From NCBI RefSeq assembly GCF_002571385.2, contig NW_019217919.1:230265-294264 (forward strand): DNA of 64,000 nucleotides. Direction: 5' to 3'. A program made the translations under genes and the position numbers. Positions 1-14,500 of this stretch are shown here, piece by piece. Source of the stretch: Stylophora pistillata (Eukaryota). Each line of letters begins with the position of its first letter. Within the stretch, counting starts at the first letter, position 1. The notes beneath the pieces are model-generated. The model was not told where the DNA came from. It was given only the letters and a program-made list of their open reading frames with translations, and searched no databases.

Positions 1-2461
1 TAGCAGCTAAGTCTTGAACCTCTTTGTTAATTTTTGTTATAACCGTCTCCATAGCTTCTCTTCCCTGCAGAAAAAAATAGAAGTCTTGATTTACATTAAC
101 ACATACCACAATTACGTATGATGCACAATTCTTGCAGTAGAGACCACTATTTATGCAATAGCGAAAATGAGACCTGAAAAAAATCAGGCCAGTACAGGAT
201 TCGAACCACTGACCTCTGCGATACTAGTGCAGCGTTCTACCAATAGCGCTCTCTACTGCGAGAATCGTGCATCAAACGTATCTATAACCGCAGTTCAAAA
301 TATACGAACTTCATATATTCATCCTACATACCACAATTATTGTTAACATCATTAAAATTTTATTTAAAGCATATTTTACTTATAATTCATCATCCATACC
401 TTTGACGCATTACTGGCCATTGTATTCTTGATAAGACTTTCACAATAGTCTTTGAAGCTAACTCCAAAAACCGTGATTACTGCATCTTGTGTTAGTCTAG
501 TTCTAGAAAATAAAAATTACACTTACAAAATTAGGCAATACTACTATAGTTCCTTGTTGAAGACAAACTTTTCTACTGAGATTACCCTCAACTTGCTTTG
601 GGGAAGCTGGAAATTCTTTAAAGAAACTCAAGAGGATATGTTAGAGATCATTTTAAGGTAAAAAACACATTCTGCTTTGACTTACTTGTTAATTTCCTGG
701 TCTTGAGTATAAGTTACTGTCTCATCTACATCTGCCCAGCCCGACAGTGTTACATTCCTACTCGCCATTGTCATTGTCTTTGCAACTGGATCAACCACAG
801 AGTGTTCATAAGCATAACAGAGGTTATCAACTCCAATCATGTTACAAACCCATGAAGGTAAAAATCCTTCAGTGCCTACAAGTCTAGTTGTGTGTAATCG
901 TCCTTGTTCATCCACATGTCTGTCTAGAACATCCATGGTTTTTACATTAGGATTGAGATCGTTAGGATACTTTCGCCATACTGCTTGAGTGACACGATCC
1001 CAGCAGTGACTTAAAGGAAAAAATGCCACCATTAGTTACTACCATGAGAAAGCTGAAGACCCAAATAATGTGATTTTTCACCTCAAGCCTCTCAGAGAGA
1101 CTGACATGTAAGTCCTGAGGTTAACTCATATGTCAAAACACTCGTAGTTGCAAATCACTGACTATGGTTATGTGAACTATTCACCACTAGAACTTTAAGT
1201 ACATGTTATTTCAAACATTAAGGACTTGGTTTATTTTGCTTTAACATGCAATGCAATTACACATTTTAAATCAGTCAGAAGTAAAGATTCTACTCTGAAC
1301 TAAGTTTGAAGCTGGTGTGGAATCTTCGGAATCTCACATCACAGCCACAAGTTAATTTTTAAACCCATCTTATACAATAAACCATACATGATTTCTAGAG
1401 AGTTCTTCACCTTTGCGTATATAGCTTAGATGAAACATCAAAATCTTAGCAACCGGAGTAATAGAACAGATTTCCAAAAGAAATGAAAAAAGTCAATTCC
1501 CTGGAAGTCTTTACAAGAATTGTAACGCAATTATAGAATTGAGTATCTTTCTGTGACTAAATAATGCTTTTGAGACACCAGTGTTGGTCTGATTAAAAAT
1601 TTTAGATTAATTTTCTCAGCCAAGATATAACCAGAGTCATCCTTGGGGAAGCTTGTTAGTTACATAACATAGCTAGTAATGATGGAATAACAAAATAGCT
1701 AAAAAGGGTACTCCTAATCAGTCTGACTAGTTGGAAATAAAGCAACACAACCTTTAAGCACACTTCTATTGCAATTTTGGCATATGTATCACAGCCCTGC
1801 CAAGCTGTCAAACTTTCTAGTACAACATCATATTGGAAGAGAAAGTTTTACCACTAACATTTAGCTGCCTCTTAACCTCCACCCCAGCATCCTAAATTCT
1901 ACTTTCCTATCCAGTACAAAATATTGTTGACTTCAGGGCCTCCCTATGCAACTTCACTGATGGATGATTACGTAAGGGGGTGTGAGTGAAATGTTGGTTG
2001 CAGAGTTATTCACTTTCTCTTGTCAACGGGGAAACAATAAGCTTTGAACACCTTCGAAAGACAGACAGTAATGTTTTCCGGTAAACTTCTACCAAGAATT
2101 TAAAAGATTGAAATCAAGACAGTTTCAGGTTGCTATAAACATGTATAAGAGCACTTACTTCTACATGCATGGTTGAATTTTCAAACGAAAGAAAAACATT
2201 TCACACCCATCAAACATAAACTGAGCCTTAAAAATTCTATATTAAAAACTAACAACAGAAAGGCCTCAGTTATTGATACAAGATGACATAAGATGTAGAG
2301 TAAGTTTCCGACATTACACGTGAATTTCAATGTTTACGGCACGTGAATATATGGAGACTTCAAAAAACAACATACATTCAAATTGAGCTTAAAGTTGATG
2401 AAAACCAAACAAAAATGGTTTATACTCACTCGAAAATATGCTCTGAGGACCAAAATTTCAT
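1..2461 (-). CDS. PRELID3B: PRELI domain protein 3 / slowmo homologue (mitochondrial lipid transfer), 3'-partial
   Basis: Exons (-) 2461-2430, 1009-686, 502-400, 64-<1, all GT/AG and in phase. They give [33 protein letters not shown]...MASNASKGREAMETVITKIN, typical of PRELID3/Ups2. The 3A vs 3B label is nominal for an invertebrate. Confidence 0.93.
115..325. mobile_element. Short repeat with a tRNA-like core between inverted repeats, flanked by a 14-bp direct repeat
   Basis: TACGTATGATGCACAATTCTTGCAGTAGAG (~113-142) is inverted against CTCTACTGCGAGAATCGTGCATCAAACGTA (~251-280). The - strand carries a B-box (GGTTCGAATCC). ACATACCACAATTA occurs at 101-114 and 326-339. A related fragment lies at ~32232-32318. 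Confidence 0.7.
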
Positions 2462-2851
2462 AACTCACGATCAAATGTTGCAAGGAATTCTTCACCGCTG
2501 ATACGTTACCCATGTAGGAGCAAACAATATATCCAATACTGCCCCCGCTTCACATGAAATGAACAAAGTCCGATCTTACGCAATTACATGATTTGATTGG
2601 TCGAAGAGCATTAATTTATGCAATTAGGATATGATTATGACTCAACAAGATGACGCAGAACTTTCGAAAACTCAGGTGCACTATGGGATAGTTTTTGTGA
2701 AGGTTACATAGAATACATATAGTTACAGCAGATATCCGCTGACGTAGATTCTAGATGGCGGTCTTCAGACCATGTTCCATTCTGCACAGTGTTTTGGGGT
2801 CAAATTTTCCCTCTTTCCTGTAACGAAGTTTCACTTTTTTCATTTTAAATA
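2462..2851. promoter_or_regulatory. Putative bidirectional promoter region PRELID3/NELFCD
   Basis: Only 390 bp separate the divergent ATGs (2461 on -, 2852 on +). Contains a CCAAT box (ATTGG ~2596), TGACGT and a YY1-like AGATGGCGG (~2753). Confidence 0.6.
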
Positions 2852-5800
2852 ATGGATGACTATGGAGAAGATGTTGGATGGGATGATGCAGCTGTAGGTT
2901 GACATTTTGTCTTTTCTATAGGTCTTATTTCATGATATTCAACTCAACGACTTGGTAAACTGGCTAACTTACTGACCGTATATTTTCCTTTTTCCTTTTA
3001 GCTGAGTCCGTCAGATGAAAAAAGGGACAATGAAGTTGTTATACAGGAGTGTATGCAAAACTTTGCTACAAAAGACTTTATCATGGAACCGGAAATTTTC
3101 AACAATCTCAGGAGGTTAGCATGTATAGACTTAACCATAACGGGTTCATGTTGATCTTTAATCTTTAATAGTATCCTCCTAAGACAGGGGAAAAAAAACT
3201 GTACTTGGAGTTTTTAAAATGATATCATAAAAAATAACAATAATTTCAAAAACAATGGCACTAAGTAATGAACGACAATCGGTTAAAATTCTTCATATAA
3301 ATATGATCCTATGAATTACAAATACATAAATATAAAAACAACAATAAAACATATTGAATATATAAATATAGCTATAACATAATGTACTATACATGTAGTG
3401 TAATTGAAGCAAGGTTCAAAACAAAGGAATCTTTGAAAATTACTTTTAAATATTGGTGAAAATGAGCAAAATGAGGTAGCTAGGTTGTGGTGAATTGTCT
3501 ACCTCTATAGTGTGCTTAATGTCAAACCTTGAACTTCAAACTATATGCAAATGCTGTATTATAGATATTACCAGGCAGGAGGAATCCATGAAGAAATGGC
3601 AAAGATGTTGTCTGAAAATTATACTGGAATTGCTCAGAGTACAAATTTAATAGCAAACTGGTTGATTGTAACAGGTAAGGTATTTAAAAGATACAATTAC
3701 TGCATTGTAGTGTTTAAAGGTCATCATTTGTGTTTGATTTTACTATATTCACATATTATGGGAGTGAATAAAGTGAATAATTCAATACCTTAATGGCAGC
3801 ATAGGCTGAATTGCTAAGGTCAACAGTGTTGCTAAGGTTGAGATTGGATGTCAGCATTATCAGGCACCTCTGGTAGCTGCTTTAGTCCATGTAACAACCT
3901 CACCTTTTCCCCCCACACATCCCACCCCAGGGTAGGACATCCATCACACAGTAATCTCGTGCGTGGGAAATTAACGTCTCCTAACCCTAACCCTGCGGGA
4001 GAGGGACCTCCATTTATTCATCCTTATCCAAGAAGACTAGAATATCTATCCATTTCATTGATGTTATAGAAAGGTAGCAAATTCTCCTCAGTTATTTTAA
4101 GACCATCAGTATTGGTCCGGCCAGGGCTCGAACCCTCGACCTCCCACACAACACAATCCAGCACTCTAACCAATTGTGCTAACCAGGAGGCGGTTAAAGG
4201 TGGTTATTAAGGGTGAAGTGAACATCATTACTTAATATTGATTTCCAAATATTTGGTGACTTTTTGTTGCTACCCTGTAAACAAAACTGATACAGACTTT
4301 ATTACAAATATCAATGGCAATGGCAAGAAAGTTGTTGTGGACAATTCATTGTCTGAAAAGTGTTGTCCTATTGCAGACCTGCCAACCCCTGATAAAGGAA
4401 AATCTGGAGACCCATGAAAAAAAACCTGGAGATTCTACAAAAAATCGTGAGATTCGATTTTTTTTCCCTATCAAGATTAAAAAAAGCCCTTTTCTATCAG
4501 GGAAAGTCATTAATAGTCTATCTAAATCTTGCTTTAACCCTAACCCACCATCTCTTTTCGCCATGTTTATACGATTGGCATTGCGATCACTTCCTGCGCT
4601 GAACTTACAAAGACTACTTGGAAATTCAACATGGATATGAGGTCCAATATAGGAGATGCCTGGGAACTAGACACCAACCTCATTCCCAGGGCCTACTTCC
4701 CTTAGAAAAATAATGGTGGACAGACACGAACACAAACCTGGAGAAAAACGATTAAGTTTATTGAACACAGGCAAAAATCACAGCTTGGCACAAAAAAGTA
4801 AGAACAGGGTTCTTCTTTATTTGTTTATCACTATATGGCACTAGCATTTCTCATTCTTTTCCCATAATTTTTTCAACAACTTAATTTATTTCATTTCAAA
4901 TGTTTTTCCCAAAAACCCATGAGATTGCAGAGCCTTGTCGTGAGACCGTGAGAAATGAAAAAAAATCATGAGACTCATGGCAGAACCATGAGAGTTGGCA
5001 GGTCTGCTATTGAAACATGCTGGTCAATCAGACAAAGAATGAAACAGAGTTCAGTCTACATGTAGAGGTTGTGTTAGCTTGTTTTCACTTTTTATTTCTA
5101 TTTCTCCAATTTCTACATCTTTTGTATTGATTTTAGATAAGTCATTAATATGTACCAAGCCAGAGAACATATCTTGTCCTTTTTCCTGTATTCATAGGAA
5201 AAACCATGTATGCTAATTAACTATCTGTACATTGCTAGGATCAGCAATGTCAAAAGTATCCAATGCTGTGATAGAGAAACAGGACATGGTAAACTTAAAT
5301 TCTTAATATTTTCTTATTTTCAAAGGAGCTAAAGTGACAGATGTGGAACAAATGGTTGAAAATCACCTGGAAACCCTGATTATCAAACACTTTGACCCAA
5401 AAAAAGCAGACTCTATCTTTTCTGCTGAGGGGGAGGTAAGTAAACCCTGATTATCAAACACTTTGACCCAAAAAAAGCAGACTCTATCTTTTCTGCTGAG
5501 GGGGAGGTAAGNNNNNNNNNNNNNNNNNNNNNNNNNNNNNNNNNNNNNNNNNNNNNNNNNNNNNNNNNNNNNNNNNNNNNNNNNNNNNNNNNNNNNNNNN
5601 NNNNNNNNNNNNNNNNNNNNNNNNNNNNNNNNNNNNNNNNNNNNNNNNNNNNNNNNNNNNNNNNNNNNNNNNNNNNNNNNNNNNNNNNNNNNNNNNNNNN
5701 NNNNNNNNNNNNNNNNNNNNNNNNNNNNNNNNNNNNNNNNNNNNNNNNNNNNNNNNNNNNNNNNNNNNNNNNNNNNNNNNNNNNNNNNNNNNNNNNNNNN

Positions 5801-8495
5801 NNNNNNNNNNNNNNNNNNNNNNNNNNNNNNNNNNNNNNNNNNNNNNNNNNNNNNNNNNNNNNNNNNNNNNNNNNNNNNNNNNNNNNNNNNNNNNNNNNNN
5901 NNNNNNNNNNNNNNNNNNNNNNNNNNNNNNNNNNNNNNNNNNNNNNNNNNNNNNNNNNNNNNNNNNNNNNNNNNNNNNNNNNNNNNNNNNNNNNNNNNNN
6001 NNNNNNNNNNNNNNNNNNNNNNNNNNNNNNNNNNNNNNNNNNNNNNNNNNNNNNNNNNNNNNNNNNNNNNNNNNNNNNNNNNNNNNNNNNNNNNNNNNNN
6101 NNNNNNNNNNNNNNNNNNNNNNNNNNNNNNNNNNNNNNNNNNNNNNNNNNNNNNNNNNNNNNNNNNNNNNNNNNNNNNNNNNNNNNNNNNNNNNNNNNNN
6201 NNNNNNNNNNNNNNNNNNNNNNNNNNNNNNNNNNNNNNNNNNNNNNNNNNNNNNNNNNNNNNNNNNNNNNNNNNNNNNNNNNNNNNNNNNNNNNNNNNNN
6301 NNNNNNNNNNNNNCTACTCACTCTTCTTCTTTACCCCGAATAATCCCCAAATGTATGGTCATCAATGCAAGATCTCTTGTTAAAGTTGATGCTGCTTCTG
6401 CTTTGCATATGGAATTGCACTCAAACAACTGCGATATTTGCATCATCTCCGAGACATGGCTTAAACCAAATTTTCCATCTCATCTCATTTGTCCGAAGGA
6501 TTACTCAATTTTGCGAAAGGATAGAATTGACCGGTCAGGCGGTGGTGTTGCTATTGTCTGTAGGAGCGATTGGTTATTGGAACGATTAGACAGCGTTTTT
6601 TATAATGCCTTTGAATGCTTGTGGGCTAAGATTACAACTCCCAACTCAAGTTTTTATGTGACTGCTGTTTATCATCCTCCAGATCCGCCATATTGTCCTG
6701 ATGAGTTATTGGAACATCTAACAAATAGTTGTGATGGATTATTGACTGGTAATCCTAACAGCAACCTTATAATTTGTCGTGACCTCAATCAGCTAGATTA
6801 CAATGATTTTTTACACAACTAAATTTATTCCAGATGGTGAATACACNGACAAGAAAGAACAAAATTTTGGATGTTTTTATAACTAATGTCCCACATTTTT
6901 GGAGGAAAGTATCGGTCGCTCAAGGACTAGTTCGATCTGACCACTCTATGGTCCTGGTATATCCCAGAATCGCACTTAAGGCTGAAAGGAAAACTGTGAT
7001 GTTTAGAGATGTTCGTGATCATCATAAACTGGATATGGACAAACTGTTGAAGTTTCATAACTGGGACAATGTTTATCAATGCGGAGATGTGAATGGAAAA
7101 CTTAATCTTTTTTGTACCAAGATTAAGTCCATGTTTGATGAGCGTTTCCGGGTATATCAGTATGTGTGTCTAATAGAGACCTCCCGTTCTTTTCTCCTCT
7201 AATCAAACATCTACTGGACCAACGGCGAAAATTGATTCAGCGAAGTAACATGTCAGGAAATTCTGTTTCGATTGAGATCCAAACTCTTCAAGAGAAAATC
7301 AACAAGTTGATCAGAATAATCAAGTTCGGGCAGTTAAAGGGAATTTTGAGAAACAGTGCAGGATCCAAATCTTGGTGGTCAACAGTTAATTCCCTGACAG
7401 GAAGGAAGTCTACCAACTCGCAAGTAAGCTCAATTATCTCCCCGAGCGAGATCAATAATTTTTTTTGTTCCATTAACACTGATCCCCTTTATACACTGTC
7501 ACTATCCCAAAATCAAGCAAGATGCCTGTTTTAACGGTCTCCAGTGTTACCAGGAGTCTACTGAAATTAAAAAGAACTGCCTCTGGTCCAGATGGAATCC
7601 CGTACTGGTTTTGGAAAGAGTTTGCATACGACCTTGCTCCTGTTGTTACCCATATTTTCAACTGTTCTTTGGAAAACCACATTGTGCCTGATCTTTGGAA
7701 ATTGGCCGACATAACTCCCTTGCCTAAAGAGCCCAACTTTAAAANNNNNNNNNNNNNNNNNNNNNNNNNNNNNNNNNNNNNNNNNNNNNNNNNNNNNNNN
7801 NNNNNNNNNNNNNNNNNNNNNNNNNNNNNNNNNNNNNNNNNNNNNNNNNNNNNNNNNNNNNNNNNNNNNNNNNNNNNNNNNNNNNNNNNNNNNNNNNNNN
7901 NNNNNNNNNNNNNNNNNNNNNNNNNNNNNNNNNNNNNNNNNNNNNNNNNNNNNNNNNNNNNNNNNNNNNNNNNNNNNNNNNNNNNNNNNNNNNNNNNNNN
8001 NNNNNNNNNNNNNNNNNNNNNNNNNNNNNNNNNNNNNNNNNNNNNNNNNNNNNNNNNNNNNNNNNNNNNNNNNNNNNNNNNNNNNNNNNNNNNNNNNNNN
8101 NNNNNNNNNNNNNNNNNNNNNNNNNNNNNNNNNNNNNNNNNNNNNNNNNNNNNNNNNNNNNNNNNNNNNNNNNNNNNNNNNNNNNNNNNNNNNNNNNNNN
8201 NNNNNNNNNNNNNNNNNNNNNNNNNNNNNNNNNNNNNNNNNNNNNNNNNNNNNNNNNNNNNNNNNNNNNNNNNNNNNNNNNNNNNNNNNNNNNNNNNNNN
8301 NNNNNNNNNNNNNNNNNNNNNNNNNNNNNNNNNNNNNNNNNNNNNNNNNNNNNNNNNNNNNNNNNNNNNNNNNNNNNNNNNNNNNNNNNNNNNNNNNNNN
8401 NNNNNNNNNNNNNNNNNNNNNNNNNNNNNNNNNNNNNTTGCTGAGTTCATATCTGTAACTAAACACGTTTGTTGTTTAGAATGCTTAATAAAGAC

Positions 8496-8531
<36 letters not shown>

Positions 8532-11500
8532 CTTTTCTGCTGAGGGGGAGGTAAGGAAACCCTGATTATCAAACACTTTGACCCAAAAAAAGCAGACTCT
8601 ATCTTTTCTGCTGAGGGAGAGGAAAGAGAAAACCAGTTGAGGAATACCATTTTGATGCTGTTTGTTAAAGAAAATCAAAAGATTGAAGTCCGTTACACTT
8701 GCGTCTTGGACATGCTAAGGTTGTATACTCTGAATCAATGAGAAATTATGTGTTACATCGTGGTTAGAATGGAATTTGGGTTTTGGAAGTCACCCTGTGG
8801 ATGTCCATTGCAAAATCTGATATTCAAATTCATGAATTTATTTGATTGAGATGTTTTGGTTGAATTAAATTTATCTTTGTTCTGTTGGCAGACACCATCC
8901 TGGCTAGAAGACATGATTGTCCACCAGACATGGCGTTCAATGTTTTATAAACTTGCAGAGCATTATCCTGATTGCTTGATGCTCAATTTTACTATCAAGG
9001 TTTAATCACTCTTTCATTTTCATCAAACTCAGTTGATGTAACATATAAATTGGCCCCTTTAGTAGAAATGCAGTAAGGGAAAAGATATACCCATTTGCCT
9101 TTAGGGTGTCAGAAACATATTTTCTCTTCTCAAACTTGGAATCAAGTGAAGATGGTAGATGGTCAGCCCTCTTCAGTAAAGTTTCAGCAAAGGACTTTTT
9201 ATGGCAAATAGGGTGGTGAGAGTCAAAAGCGAGAGATTTGTCAGTGTGGGTCAGTTTACGATAAACACTTATCTGCTTTGCACACATTTAAAATCAAGAA
9301 AGGATAAGTGTCTATCCTTTTCGCACTCAAGGTTGAATTGGATAGACAGCTCCACTGAATTCACATGAACTTCTTTGGTGGGGAAATGAACTTATTATCC
9401 AACTACTCAATGTAGAGTATAAATAAGGCTTGAATCAAGTACAAATATCACGCAATATTTGTACTCCAGACAGTAAAAGTCAGCATTGTAGAGAGAATAT
9501 AATCATGAAAATGATAATCTTAAATTCAAGCTTTCTTGTGTGCAGAGGGTTTATTTGAGTAGAAATGTGTATCACTCTAATGTAGGATATTCTTGTTATG
9601 AACAATAATAATGTTGGACACAAGACAGTCATATTTACTTTCAATGGAATCTTCAGGGAACTGAGATGTTTTTAGATAAGTACTTACTTCCTAGTTGGAG
9701 TCTTCACCCTTTTGTGTTCAGTAAGGAACTGATTGGGTCCAGGAAATAGATGAGGAATTAAAGAGACTATGTTGTGTGATCCTAAATCCTGTTGGAAATT
9801 TGCTCATTGCAAATATCATATCTTTTTGCAGCTGATTTCTGATGCAGGATATCAGGGTGAGATTAGAAGTGTCTCTACAGCCTGCCATCAAATTGAGGTG
9901 TTTTCCCGAGTGCTCAAGACTTCAGCTTGTTCTTTTCTTGAGGAAGGAGATATGACTATGGAAAGCAACCTGCCAGAATTTTCTGTATGTTGAAATATGG
10001 TATCTCAAGAAATTATAAACCTCAGGGAATAGGCATAGCTCTGTAGTCATAAGTTTTGTATGGATTACCTTCCAGAGGATGGTATGTTATGGACAGCACA
10101 CCTACCTGTATGCACAATGCTTGCTAAATCACATTGCACAAAACACAGAAGGAGGAACAAAACTTCAAAGACTCGGTCAAGAGCTTCAAAAACGGGCAGT
10201 TCAAAGGTGATGTTAATCATTCAGGCTCAGTGTTACACATTTTTTTTTAATCCCAAGGCTTAGTCTGTGTGATCAATATGGGCTGAGTGGCTTAAAACAT
10301 ATTTAATCCTTTTTGTCTTGCCTTCATTAATTGAGAACCTGGAACAGGCTGTAATTTTTTTAATTGTCTGTTTACTGGTACCACTCTTTTTTTTGTGGGA
10401 GATGTGTTGGCCCACTGATTAGTGTGCAGTACTCCAGCTGCTGGTCAAGAGGTAGTGTTGTGTCATTTAGCTAAACACTTAACTATCCCTATGCCTCTCT
10501 CAACCCAGGAGTATAAAAGGATATCGGCAATCATGAGTGAGGCCTTATGAAATGCTGGGGGGGTAACCTTGTGAGGGACTGACATCTCGTCCAGGGGAGA
10601 GTAGTAACACTCCTAGCTGCCTCATATATAAGGAAACTGGGATGACTTAGGCTACATGTGCCAGCTAAATGCAGTACAGACTTACCTACCTACCTTCCTC
10701 TTTTTTAATTTTCAACTTAGAGTTTTCATTTTGAATTATTTCAGTCCTGTTTATGGTGCTGTATTGAAAGCATTTTTTATCTTTTTACAGTGGACATGAA
10801 GTGACAGAGATCACTCTGTCATTGAATGGTGCTGCAGCTTTTCCCAGAGCAAATTCAGCCCTCTCATCCATGTTAGGAAAAAATTCCCTTAATCCTGGAG
10901 ATGTCACAGTGGTAAGCTGACAGAGAAAAATAACAGAGTGCATGAGAAATTTTTAGAGGGCAATTGATAATATCTATGATACAAACAAATGTTCAAGTGT
11001 CTGTTTTATCATAAAGGCCCAGTTACTTTTTAATAAAAAACTTTTATCATTTGAACTCTATCCAAAGATTTCATTTCTTTTTAATGTTGTTATTGGTATT
11101 TTCATAAATGATATCATTGTTATTACTAGCCTAGGGTTGCTTGTTATATTTCAATCATGTACAATCCCCTGTTATTTTTGGTGATTTGAATGTAATGATT
11201 CAACATGAGGCCATGTTAAGAGTTAAGTTGTCTATACATTTATCTCTTTATTCAGTCACTTACTTATTATATAATTGATGCACTTCGCTTCATCTCTTTC
11301 TGCCTCAACACAGTTGTACAAGTTATATAATAGTGCTCAAGCTCCTCCTTGTGCACTGATCAGGATTCCACAGTTTTTAGGTGAGGAAAAGTCTCATAAA
11401 TCATTCTCCTTACTCTCTGCCATACAATTCTTATGATATTAGTTTGGAGAATTTGGTATTGGAACAACTTCCAATCCTGTAATTTAAATTTTCCTTTATT

Positions 11501-14500
11501 CTTACCACTTGTCCCCTTGAGATTGTATTGGTATTATAAGAAGAATTCTGTCCTGGTCACTGACAGGAGTTATAGGGTTAAATCTGCAATTCCAATCAGC
11601 TTATTAGATCTTTTCAATGGTGAGGATAAACCAGCTAGTTGCGGTTTGTTTAATCAGTTTGTTGAAGGATGAATGAGGCCACCAGTTCTTTGCATTCCAG
11701 CAACACTCTTGGGTAATTGGTCATGTCCAGAAAATATGCCACAAATTAGAAATTTATTTTAAGGCTGGAATTTCTATCAGTGTGCATTTGGTATAGTGTT
11801 GGAGGGTGTAAAGTGGGAGGAAACATTAGCTACTGTAATCATACAAGTGAAGGTGGTGCCGTCAGGGGCTGCTATTAGTGACAATGATTGAGAGGAGATC
11901 TTATAGACACACACAAGAGAGGAGTTGTTTGACCATTGAAGGTCTGATTGTGGGCACCGATTGTCTACTGCTTCAACTGAACATCATAGCCAACCTGAAA
12001 AATCAATTTTCACAACTAAGGACTTTTGATTGACAAATAATGCTTCCCTTGACTTTGATGATGACGATTTCCCACCATGTTGTCACCAATGATAGTGAAA
12101 TTCAAGCTATCACACAACCAACCCTTACCGTGCAACTGTATGGTATGAATTTGAATAATTACAATAGTATTTTTGTCTAGAACTTCTTTTGGAAGCGTTG
12201 TTCAAACCTGGACAACACTTGAATCCAGAACACAAGTTTAAATATGTTTACCTGTTGGCTTATGCTGCAGCTGTACATGAAACCTGGGTTGAGGTATTTC
12301 CATATTTGATTATTTTTTAGGTAATTTTAAAAGGTTAGTGTGGAAAGTAATTCAAAATAAAATTGTTTAGTTTTACTATGCTAAACGCAAGCCCCCTCCT
12401 GATGCTCTTTTAGACCAAACATAATTTGGTAACTGGAATTTTCTTTCATTACACTTTCAAATAGATTACTTGGTCACACTTTGAATTCTCATCAACTCTT
12501 TGTGATATTCACACCTATCCTAGTTGACCCTTGTAATTGCTTTTGGTTTCATTTGTTGAAAGAAAAAAGGAAGAAGCAATTTACTAGGCAGAGTCAGTGT
12601 TATTTCTTGCAAACCTGGTTCTTTATCCTGAAAGGGGAATGAGTTTGGCCACTAACCTTGTAAGTCATATCAGTCCATCAAGGTTACAGCTACATCATCA
12701 TATAACAATAATTTGATTCATTTTGCTGATTTATTTTTCTTTTTTCTGATTTGTAGAATGAACGTACAATGCTTAATAGGGATGAACTGAAAACAACTTC
12801 CCAAGCCCTGGATAAAATTCACTTACTGTGCGTACAGGAGACTAAGAAAGGCTCACAGCTGCTCGCAGAAGTGAGTGTCTTGTTCCAGTGTATAAGGTAT
12901 GTAAGAAGCCAAAGTAAACCAAAATTTCTGAGAGAAAGTTTCAAACTGAAAACAAATAATCGCCATGCAGCGTTTTCTTGCTTCTGTAGGTTTCCTGTAG
13001 TTGCTATGGGCTTGTTAAAGTGGGTTGATTGTACGGTATGTGATCCATCATTCTTCAAGCTGCTTACAGACTCGACACCAGTCCACTTGGCTTTATTGGA
13101 TGAGGTATGAGATAGATAGTCAGGTAGCTGCTTAACCAACTGAAATCCTTTCCATTACCACGTGATTCTTCCCCAGCCCTCTATTCACTTTCCTCCCTAA
13201 TTTTATTGTCTTTTCACGTCTCGTAGATCAGCTCATGTCATGCTCTTCAGCATCGCTTGGTCCTCAATGTATTGGTCCGTTTATTCGAGTCTCCGACGCC
13301 TCTGGACACTTTAGTAGAGGTGGGTATTATTCACTCCAAGTTTGCTTGGTAAATTTAGTGCTATTACATGACGGTACTGGTAAGTCTGCACACGTACCAT
13401 GTAGACCGCACTTCCAGAGCTTATCCTGATAGCTGTAGTTCCCTTCACGCCCCTCCCCTCCCCCCTTTGAAACATTTCGTAAGGTTTCTTTGATAGTTCA
13501 CCGGTGTCATAGCGGATTTGGACCCCTGGGACCTCCTGGGTTTTGGTACGGTAAAAAAGTAAAATCAAATTGCCATACTGCGACAGTAATAATGATAAGT
13601 TTTGAATCGACGCAGTGAAGAAGGCTCGTATCCGCGGGTGAATTTTGCACGGGGGGGAGGATGGGACATGGGGTCCAAATTCCCGGGGGGGTCCAAATCT
13701 GCTGTGACACTGGCACTCATTTATAGTTCTGGGTAGAGAGAGACACTGAGAGAAATGTGTTAACCCAAGAACAGAATAACCCGGTTTGGACTCAAACACA
13801 GACCTTTAGTACCACATTCTAGTACAACAGCCATAAGGCTTAAACTCCCCCTAGCACACGAATGTGTATTGCTACTTCACAGTCGCCCAATGTAAACTGT
13901 GATCTTATTAAAGGTTTCTAAAAACTATCGGTAATTATGTGTGTTGATTTCAATACAAATTTGCTATGTTCAATATTTTGTGCATCCTTTTTATTCGAAT
14001 TTCATCATTACAGAGGTCACAACCATGGTGTCTTTTTGTATTTTAAAGCCAGAGACACTCGAGGGAAAGGAATCCTCGAACGTTTCACTTGCTCTGTTCT
14101 TAGTTTTGGCCTGCGGAAATTTGTAGTTGTCACACTGTTCTGATCGTTGTTTTTAGTTTCGAACAAGTATGATGCGTGGCACTTTTTTGCTGTCTCCCTC
14201 ATTGGGTTTATATCCACAAAGTTTACATTTGGGCAGGGCAGATCGACATTTAAAGAAAGAGCCAGTGTTTCGTTTTCGTGTTGAATGACCGCGGGAAAAG
14301 TGATGAGGGAGGAGGTTGAAGACTCTGTCTGAGTTATCCCTTCTTCTGAAGCTGTTGCTGCAGTTGCACTGTCCGACGTCGCAGCATTAAGACTTTGTGC
14401 CATGTTAGCAACTCGTGCCAGCGATGAGACTCTTCTTGTTTCAGAATCATTGGGAAGTGATTTGTAGTTTACAAAGTTACAGCAAAATCCTTTCACGTCT

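Noticed and set aside
5413-8678. Long X-containing ORFs (also at 49430-50161 and 62908-63531)
   Set aside because: Artefacts of translating through N gaps.
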